Part shown: in pieces, positions 25,795 to 32,000 of the stretch
Position numbering within the stretch: the first letter of the stretch is position 1
Layout of the letters: the number at the start of each line of letters is the position of its first letter
Assembly: GCF_000283555.1 (NCBI RefSeq)
Contig: NC_016012.1
Span: 1,206,639-1,238,638 of the forward strand
Length of the DNA: 32,000 nucleotides
Origin: Candidatus Arthromitus sp. SFB-rat-Yit
Lineage (GTDB): Bacteria; Bacillota; Clostridia; Clostridiales; Clostridiaceae
Reading direction: 5' to 3'
Made by a program: the position numbers and the translations under genes
Notes under the pieces: model-generated
Told to the model about the DNA's origin: nothing
Database searches by the model: none
Seen by the model: only the letters and a program-made list of their open reading frames with translations

Positions 25795-26919
25795 TCAGTT
25801 ATTCGAAATCAATTTCATATACTCTTTACTCGATTCCATATTTAAAAACTTATCCAAAAGTTCAATTTTACTCTCATCAACAGTCTCCTTATTAGAAAAT
25901 TTTTCATTAAACTCTTCCAAAGTGATTATTGACACTCTTCCATTTATTATTTTTTTATTAGCTAAAAAATAAATACTATCAACTATCTCTTTATTAGTTG
26001 TATTTATTAAATCAAATTCATCACTCAAAATAATTTCACTCAATATACTCTTTATATCAACTACATTATTTAAAACATTATATAAATTTTGAGAATACTC
26101 TTTTTCAGTTGGATATCTCTTTAAAACTTGAGAATAAATTTTAACAAAATAATTTTCAAGTTCTGAACCATAGTCCATTAAAAGTTTTGAAATTATAAAC
26201 TTTATTTTATTTTGATCCTTATCGTAAGAAACTATTTCCACATTCAAATACTGCTTTCCTGGAATCAAATTGCCAATTATTAATTTGTTGTTATTCTTAT
26301 CATAATTTACACTTAAACCCGAAACTTTATTTCCATTAAAATCAGCTGTAATTGTAAATTTTGAATTTGGATCTATGTTAATATTTTCCGGAATATCAAC
26401 CGAACTAGTTACTCCCTTTGTTGTGTAACCATTAAGTGCAAAAACATTTTCAAAATTTTGATATAACTCATCTTCTATATTAATCATTAAAATATCACTC
26501 ATATAAATTTTATCTCCTTTTTTAAGTGACATCTTCAAATACAAATTTACATTCTTATCCAAGAAATCCAGATTTTTGTATAAATCCTTATCAAAATTTT
26601 CATCAATTTTAATATTAAATCTCTCTATGTAACTATCTTCTGTATTAATATCTTTAGTATGAATGGAAAAAATATAATCTTTTAAATTTTTAGAATTAAT
26701 TTCATTCAAATTATACATAATGTAATTAATTAAATCATTTTTAGTTAGTTTATTAGTATTGATAGGTGATAAAAATAGCTTATCATCTTTTATACCAATA
26801 AATTCTTTACCCAAAATTTTTGTATCTACAGTTTTTAATATGAAATCTAAATTTATAGTTACAAGAAGTATACAAATAAAAACAACTATACCAATAAAAT
26901 TACGTAATTTATAATTCAA
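25795..26919 (-). CDS. N-terminally membrane-anchored protein with a degenerate copy of the same C-terminal cassette
   Basis: TTG start 9 nt after GGAGG, and a TM anchor FIGIVVFICILLVTINL. The segment LIIGNLIPGKQYLNVEIVSYDKDQNK resembles GLVPGKDYVEISINYNDRNN of the 1053-aa protein. It is followed by YFVKIYSQVLKRYPTEKEY...ILSDEF, a degenerate DUF4214-like repeat. Confidence 0.65.
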   Translation of the reverse strand: MNYKLRNFIGIVVFICILLVTINLDFILKTVDTKILGKEFIGIKDDKLFLSPINTNKLTKNDLINYIMYNLNEINSKNLKDYIFSIHTKDINTEDSYIERFNIKIDENFDKDLYKNLDFLDKNVNLYLKMSLKKGDKIYMSDILMINIEDELYQNFENVFALNGYTTKGVTSSVDIPENINIDPNSKFTITADFNGNKVSGLSVNYDKNNNKLIIGNLIPGKQYLNVEIVSYDKDQNKIKFIISKLLMDYGSELENYFVKIYSQVLKRYPTEKEYSQNLYNVLNNVVDIKSILSEIILSDEFDLINTTNKEIVDSIYFLANKKIINGRVSIITLEEFNEKFSNKETVDESKIELLDKFLNMESSKEYMKLISNN

Positions 26920-26985
26920 TTACTTACACCTCCTACATATTTTTAAAAAACAAAGGTATAGTTTTTCACACAAAAAACTTATATT

Positions 26986-27978
26986 TTAATTTTCTATATA
27001 TTTATCCTTAAGTACCAAATCCACCCAGTTCAAATTACTCAAATACCAATTTATAGTATTTCTAATTCCTACTTCAAAATCAGTTATACACTTAAATCCA
27101 AGCTCATTATATATTTTACTACTATCAACTGAATATTTTAAATCATGCCCTAATCTATCATCTACATAAGTTATAAGAGAATAATCTTTATTTAACAATC
27201 TAAGTATTTTCTTTATCAAACTCAAATTATCAATTTCATATCCAGAGGATATATTATATATTTCTCCTTTTTTGCCTTCTTTTATAATCTTATCAATAGC
27301 CATAGAATGATCATGAACATACACCCAATCACGTATATTTTTCCCATCGCCATATACAGGTATCTTATTACCCTTGAGTGCATTTACAATAACAACAGGT
27401 ATTAACTTTTCTGGAAATTGATATGATCCATAATTATTTGTACATCTAGATATTGTTACATTAAGTTTAAACATCTTAAAATAACTCATAACTAACATAT
27501 CCGCTGATGCCTTTGAAACTGAATAAGGTGAAGATGGTCTTAATATATCTCCTTCTTCAAAACTTTTATCATCCTCTAATTTCAAATCACCATATACTTC
27601 ATCAGTTGAAATTTGATGATATCTATTAACACCATACTTCAAACACATATCCATCAAATTCTTAGTTCCTATAATGTTAGTTTCTAAAAATACTTGTCCA
27701 TTATATATTGATTTATCTACATGAGATTCTGCAGCAAAATTTACTACAATATCGAAATCTTCATTTTGAAAAACTTTATCCAAAAAATTATTATCTAAAA
27801 TATTCCCTCTATAAAATTTAAAATTTATATTTTGTCTAACAAGCTCTAAGTTTTCAAGATTCCCCGCATATGTCAATGCATCTATACAAGTAACATATAT
27901 ATCCCTATATTTGTTAATCATATAGTGAATAAAATTGCTTCCTATAAACCCTGCTCCACCTACTACACAAATTTTCAT
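26986..27978 (-). CDS. rfbB: dTDP-glucose 4,6-dehydratase
   Basis: GGAGFIGSNF, AAESHVDKS, STDEVYGDL, PSSPYSVSKASADM (the YxxxK motif), NNYGSYQFPEKLIP and DRLGHDLKY. The protein is collinear with E. coli RfbB throughout. Confidence 0.9.
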   Translation of the reverse strand: MKICVVGGAGFIGSNFIHYMINKYRDIYVTCIDALTYAGNLENLELVRQNINFKFYRGNILDNNFLDKVFQNEDFDIVVNFAAESHVDKSIYNGQVFLETNIIGTKNLMDMCLKYGVNRYHQISTDEVYGDLKLEDDKSFEEGDILRPSSPYSVSKASADMLVMSYFKMFKLNVTISRCTNNYGSYQFPEKLIPVVIVNALKGNKIPVYGDGKNIRDWVYVHDHSMAIDKIIKEGKKGEIYNISSGYEIDNLSLIKKILRLLNKDYSLITYVDDRLGHDLKYSVDSSKIYNELGFKCITDFEVGIRNTINWYLSNLNWVDLVLKDKYIEN

Positions 27979-28219
27979 AAACCCCTCCTACTTAAAAATT
28001 AGATATAAAAATTTATCTAATCTCTATAACGTTATAAGTCTACTATAATTTTTACTTTTCTTCTACTTTAATAAAAATAATTTCCTTGAATTAATTTTAA
28101 ATACTAATATAATAATTCTTAATAATCTTCATAAAAATAATACTTGTCTATTTACAATATTATATTAAAAATATTTAACTGTGAAGATTATTTAGTTTTA
28201 TATAAAGGTGAATTTAAAA

Positions 28220-29959
28220 ATGGATAAAAAAATATATATCGAAAATATTCAAGCATCCATAAAAAAAATTGCTTGCGATTTAGTAATAAAAAATATAACA
28301 ATTGTAGATGTATTTCAAAATTCTTCGTTCGTATCAGATGTTGCTATTCATAATGGTTATATAGTTGGTCTTGGGGATTACTCTGGAAAAAACGAAATAG
28401 ATGGAAGCAAAAAATATATTTGCCCTGGTCTAATAGATGCTCATGCCCATATAGAATCATCTCTTTTAACTCCAAAAGAATACTACAAAACTGCTCTCAT
28501 ACATGGAATAACTTCTGTAATTATAGATCCTCATGAAATTGCAAATGTTCTCGGACGCGATGGGATTAATTTAATGATGGATCTTTCACGCGATATACCA
28601 TTTGACTTTTACTTTATGCTACCTTCATGTGTACCTGCAACAGAATTTGAAAACTCTGGTGCAGTGTTAAATAGTTCTGATCTTTATCCATTTTATAAAA
28701 ATGATAAGGTTCTTGGATTAGCCGAAGTTATGGATCTAAAAGCTGTCCTTGAATGCGATAAAAACATGATAGATAAAATTTATGATGCTTATATAAATGA
28801 TAAAGTCATAGATGGTCATTGTGCTGGATTCTCAATTGATCATATAAATGCATATACAACTGCTTATATAAAAACAGATCACGAATGTCATACCCATAAA
28901 GAATTAATTGAGAGAATTCGTCGTGGAATGTATGTTCATATAAGAGAAAGAACTGTAGCTAAAAATTTAAAAGAACTTATACAAGGAGTATCAATACACA
29001 ATAGTAGAAAATTATGTTTATGTACAGATGATAAACACATAGATGATTTTGTGAAAGATGGATCCATAGATAATTCAATAAAAATGTGTATTAAAAGCGG
29101 ACTAAGCCCAGAAACTTCGATTCAAATGGCTACTATAAATACAGCTGAATGCTATAAATTAAACAAAAAAGGTGCTATTGCACCTGGTTATATTGCAGAC
29201 TTTTTAATACTCGATTCATTACACGATTTTAAAATTTCATCAGTATACAAAAATGGAAATTTAGTTGTTGAAAATAACAAGCTAGTAAACAAAGACATAT
29301 CCAACATAAAAATATCTTTAAAAACTCAAATAAATATACCAAACCTCACAGAGGATCATTTTAAGATATCCATCAAAAACAAATCACTTTTAAATGTTAT
29401 AGAAATAATACCTAATAATTTAAATACTAATCATCTTAAACTAAATATATCTTCCCTCAATTTAAATCACAGTGAATATTTTAATGCCTGCACTAAAAAT
29501 GATTTATTAAAAATTGGTGTTATAGAAAGACATAATAACACTGGAAACATTGGACTTGGAATTGTAAAAGGGCTTATGTTAAAATCTGGAGCAATAGCTA
29601 CAACAATTGCTCATGATTCTCATAACTTAATTGTTTGTGGTACAAACGATAAAGATATGATACTTGCATGTAATCACATAAAAAAAATTGCTGGTGGAAT
29701 TGTAATTATAGATAAAGGAGAGGTTCTCTATTCCCTAAGCTTAGAAATCGGAGGACTTATAACAAATAGAAAGACTCAAGATGTTATAAAAGACTTAGAA
29801 ATTTTACACAGCAAAATTAACATACTCTCACCAAATTTGACCTTCAATCCATTTTTAACATTATCCTTCTTATCTCTTCCAGTAATACCTGATATAAAAA
29901 TTACTGACAAAGGTCTATTTGACACTATTAATTTTAAATTTATAAACGTATGTGAATAA
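28220..29959 (+). CDS. ade: Adenine deaminase
   Basis: The amidohydrolase metal motif PGLIDAHAHIESS, the approximately 580-aa length, and the C-terminal block DSHNLIVCGTND typical of AdeC. I prefer the ATG at 28220 (RBS AAAGGTGA) over the GTG at 28208. Confidence 0.88.
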   Translation: MDKKIYIENIQASIKKIACDLVIKNITIVDVFQNSSFVSDVAIHNGYIVGLGDYSGKNEIDGSKKYICPGLIDAHAHIESSLLTPKEYYKTALIHGITSVIIDPHEIANVLGRDGINLMMDLSRDIPFDFYFMLPSCVPATEFENSGAVLNSSDLYPFYKNDKVLGLAEVMDLKAVLECDKNMIDKIYDAYINDKVIDGHCAGFSIDHINAYTTAYIKTDHECHTHKELIERIRRGMYVHIRERTVAKNLKELIQGVSIHNSRKLCLCTDDKHIDDFVKDGSIDNSIKMCIKSGLSPETSIQMATINTAECYKLNKKGAIAPGYIADFLILDSLHDFKISSVYKNGNLVVENNKLVNKDISNIKISLKTQINIPNLTEDHFKISIKNKSLLNVIEIIPNNLNTNHLKLNISSLNLNHSEYFNACTKNDLLKIGVIERHNNTGNIGLGIVKGLMLKSGAIATTIAHDSHNLIVCGTNDKDMILACNHIKKIAGGIVIIDKGEVLYSLSLEIGGLITNRKTQDVIKDLEILHSKINILSPNLTFNPFLTLSFLSLPVIPDIKITDKGLFDTINFKFINVCE

Positions 29960-29966
29960 AATACAT

Positions 29967-29996
29967 TGATTTATAATCGCAATTAAGTATATAATA
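29967..29996 (+). promoter_or_regulatory. Candidate sigma-A promoter for the codBA leader
   Basis: TTGATT (29967-29972), an 18-nt spacer, then TATAAT. It lies directly after the ade stop codon and upstream of the PyrR-type hairpin. Confidence 0.45.
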
Positions 29997-30014
29997 TCTT
30001 TCAAGAAAACTAGT

Positions 30015-30046
30015 CCTTTAATTTTAGTCCAGAGAGACTAACAAGG
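30015..30046 (+). promoter_or_regulatory. PyrR-binding anti-antiterminator hairpin (PyrR binding site RNA)
   Basis: CCTT-taatt-TTAGTC-CAGAGA-GACTAA-c-AAGG. The core AGUCCAGAGAGACU matches the conserved PyrR box ARUCCAGAGAGGYU with one G-to-A change, and it sits in the expected stem / internal loop / stem context. Confidence 0.75.
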
Positions 30047-30090
30047 CCTTATACGAATGTGTTTTTACATAATTAAAAATAATTCATTTT

Positions 30091-30118
30091 ATAACGGCCT
30101 TTTGGCCGTTATTTTTTA
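30091..30118 (+). terminator. Attenuator (intrinsic terminator) in the codBA leader
   Basis: ATAACGGCC-TTTT-GGCCGTTAT followed by T5, 42 nt upstream of the codB ATG. AAGGCC (30043-30048), which overlaps the 3' side of the PyrR hairpin, can alternatively pair with GGCCTT (30096-30101) as an antiterminator. Confidence 0.75.
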
Positions 30119-30159
30119 TGCTAGTTTGATAAAAATTTAATACGATTGGAGATGGCTAA

Positions 30160-31401
30160 ATGGATAAAAATAAAATTTCAGATATGGATTATTCTTTATC
30201 TTCCGTAGATTCTAAAGACAGAAAAGGGTTCTTTTCAATATTTGTTATAATGCTAGGATTCACATTTTTCTCTGCAAGTATGCTAACAGGTGCAACCATT
30301 GGAGTTTCTCTAAATTTAAATGACTTCCTAAAATCTATATTAATTGGAAACTTAATTCTCTCTATATACACAGGACTATTATCATACATAGGATCTGATA
30401 CTGGATTATCGCTACACCTATTAACTAAATATTCATTTGGATTAAAGGGATCTTATCTCCCATCATTCATTACAAGCATAACTCAAATAGGATGGTTTGG
30501 TGTAGGTATTTCAATGTTTGCAATACCCATATCAAATAGATTCAATATAAACCTTTATGTTCTTGTTCTAATAACAGGAATCTTAATGACTAGTACCGCT
30601 TACTTTGGAATGAAATCACTTACTATATTAAGTGCAATAGCTGTACCTGCTATTGCAATACTCGGTGGTCTATCACTACTTATAGCAATTCAATCAATTG
30701 GTGGATTCGGCGAACTATATAGTATAACTCCAACAAATCCGATGAATTTAATAACTGCAATAACTTTATGTATTGGATCTTTTATAAGTGGAGGTACTGT
30801 TACTCCAGACTTTACTAGATTTTCAAAAACAAAGAAAATCGCGGTATCAACAACAGTAATAGCTTTCTTTATTGGTAACTCCTTAATGTTCTTATTTGGT
30901 GCAGTTGGTGCAATGGTTACCGGAAATTCTGATATAGCTGATGTAATGTTCTCTCAAGGCCTTATTATACCAGCTATAATTGTACTTGGACTTAATATAT
31001 GGACAACAAATGATAATGCGATATATACAGCAGGTCTTGGACTCTCTAATATAACAAAAGTTAAAAAAAACAAATTAGTATTGATAAGTGGTTTAATTGG
31101 AACTCTCGGCTCTATATGGATTAATAATAATTTTACATCTTTCCTAACTTTATTAAATTCAATGCTACCTCCAATCGGAGGTGTTGTCATCGCAGATTAC
31201 TTTTTCATAAAGAAACTCAAATACGATAAAATAGAAATTGCAAAATTCAAAGAGGTTAATCCAATAGCTATAATATCATTTATTATTGGATTTTTAGTTG
31301 CAAATTTTATATCATTTGGTATACCTGCCATAAATGCTATTATTTCAACAATAATTATTTATATTATTGGAATGAAAATTTTTAAAAATAAGGATGTGTA
31401 A
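30160..31401 (+). CDS. codB: Cytosine permease (NCS1 family)
   Basis: Collinear with E. coli CodB: LGFTFFSASM, IGNL..IYT, TQIGWFGVGISMFAIP, GSFISGGT.TPDF.RF, LGLNIWTTNDNAIY and PPIGGVVIADY. Confidence 0.88.
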   Translation: MDKNKISDMDYSLSSVDSKDRKGFFSIFVIMLGFTFFSASMLTGATIGVSLNLNDFLKSILIGNLILSIYTGLLSYIGSDTGLSLHLLTKYSFGLKGSYLPSFITSITQIGWFGVGISMFAIPISNRFNINLYVLVLITGILMTSTAYFGMKSLTILSAIAVPAIAILGGLSLLIAIQSIGGFGELYSITPTNPMNLITAITLCIGSFISGGTVTPDFTRFSKTKKIAVSTTVIAFFIGNSLMFLFGAVGAMVTGNSDIADVMFSQGLIIPAIIVLGLNIWTTNDNAIYTAGLGLSNITKVKKNKLVLISGLIGTLGSIWINNNFTSFLTLLNSMLPPIGGVVIADYFFIKKLKYDKIEIAKFKEVNPIAIISFIIGFLVANFISFGIPAINAIISTIIIYIIGMKIFKNKDV

Positions 31402-31403
31402 TA

Positions 31404-32000
31404 TTGTTAATTAAAAATTTGAAACTCAAAGGAAAAAAAGGAATTTATGATATAAGAATTAAGGATGGTATATTCCATGAAATCTCAAATAATTTAATTC
31501 CCCTTAAAAATGAAGATGTAATAGAAGGAAACTTCAATTTAGCACACCCCCCTTTCATAGAACCACATATCCATTTAGATACTGTACTTACAGCTGGTGA
31601 ACCTAAATGGAATAAAAGCGGCACACTCTTTGAAGGAATACAAGTATGGAATGAGAGGAAAAATTTCTTAACACATGACGATATTAAAAGTCGTGCAAAG
31701 AAAGCTATTAAATGGCAAATAGCAAATGGTATACAATTTGTTAGAACTCATGTTGATACTACAGATAAGAATTTAACTGCAATCAAAGCAATGATTGAAC
31801 TAAGAGAAGAACTTAAAGACTCTATAGAAATACAAATTGTCGCATTCCCTCAAGAAGGAATTCTATCCTACCCTAATGGAATTGAATTATTAGAGGAGTC
31901 TATAAAACTTGGTGCTGATGTTTTAGGTGGAATTCCACATTTTGAATTTACTCGAGAATACGGAGTTCAATCTATAGATTTAATTTTTTCATTAGCTGAA
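31404..32000 (+). CDS. codA: Cytosine deaminase, 5' part (the 3' end runs off the window)
   Basis: My translation from TTG 31404 includes PPFIEPHIHLDTVLTAGEPKWNKSGTLFEGIQVWNERK...KWQIANGIQFVRTHVD...QIVAFPQEGILSYPNG...GGIPHFEFTREYGV, which closely matches E. coli CodA. It is open to the window end and is not in the supplied track. Confidence 0.9.
   Translation, partial: MLIKNLKLKGKKGIYDIRIKDGIFHEISNNLIPLKNEDVIEGNFNLAHPPFIEPHIHLDTVLTAGEPKWNKSGTLFEGIQVWNERKNFLTHDDIKSRAKKAIKWQIANGIQFVRTHVDTTDKNLTAIKAMIELREELKDSIEIQIVAFPQEGILSYPNGIELLEESIKLGADVLGGIPHFEFTREYGVQSIDLIFSLAE

Noticed and set aside
27979-28219. A possible purine riboswitch upstream of adenine deaminase.
   Set aside because: I could not find the conserved purine-aptamer core (the UAUAAU..GAUAUGG..CUACC..CCGUAAAU.. 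junction elements) or any three-way-junction potential. The region is almost pure A/T.
29960-30159. The codB leader as a ykkC/guanidine-like or otherwise novel riboswitch.
   Set aside because: The CUAG..GUCC.GAGAG resemblance is superficial. The sequence and two-tier hairpin fit the PyrR protein-binding site much better, so I call it a PyrR attenuator.
21357-31190. Short antisense ORFs at 21357-21593, 23463-23744, 25763-25972, 30189-30389 and 30954-31190.
   Set aside because: The same reasoning applies. They are shadows of the GT2 gene, the surface-protein genes and the codB gene.
1-32000. CRISPR arrays, tRNA or rRNA genes, transposases, integrases, and prophage or defence-system genes.
   Set aside because: No regularly spaced repeats are visible. 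No intergenic segment is GC-rich enough or cloverleaf-capable. No ORF carries DDE, tyrosine-recombinase or serine-recombinase motifs, or recognisable defence-system motifs.

Overview
This is a very AT-rich window, by eye well under 35% G+C, and the gene content points to a low-GC Gram-positive (Clostridia-like Firmicute) chromosome. No rRNA, tRNA, CRISPR array or mobile element is visible.

Positions 1-17.3 kb are mostly housekeeping genes:
- argS (5' part), trmB and a class-I birA.
- An operon of small exported or membrane proteins of unknown function, plus two lipoproteins.
- A tightly packed arginase / DEDDh exonuclease / gdhA operon.
- pfkA, uppP and a large membrane-anchored TPR protein.
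- An operon of unknown gene, murT, gatD and a phosphodiester glycosidase.

Positions 17.4-28 kb are a cell-surface locus and the most interesting part of the window:
- A monocistronic gene encodes a cysteine-free secreted protein of about 1053 aa. It sits behind a coding-free upstream region of about 0.75 kb.
- A minus-strand string of genes runs rfbB, TM-anchored protein, 721-aa cysteine-free secreted protein, orphan acidic protein, GT2 glycosyltransferase.
- The three exported proteins share a C-terminal cassette: a beta-sandwich-like segment followed by tandem DUF4214-like repeats. None has an LPXTG, SLH or CWB2-type anchor that I can recognise.
- I read this as a candidate non-canonical S-layer or surface-anchoring (and possibly glycosylation) system.

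Positions 28-32 kb are nucleobase salvage: adenine deaminase, then codB-codA. The codBA pair is preceded by a clear PyrR-type binding hairpin and an intrinsic terminator.

All calls rest on reading the translations and sequence by eye. No database search was possible.
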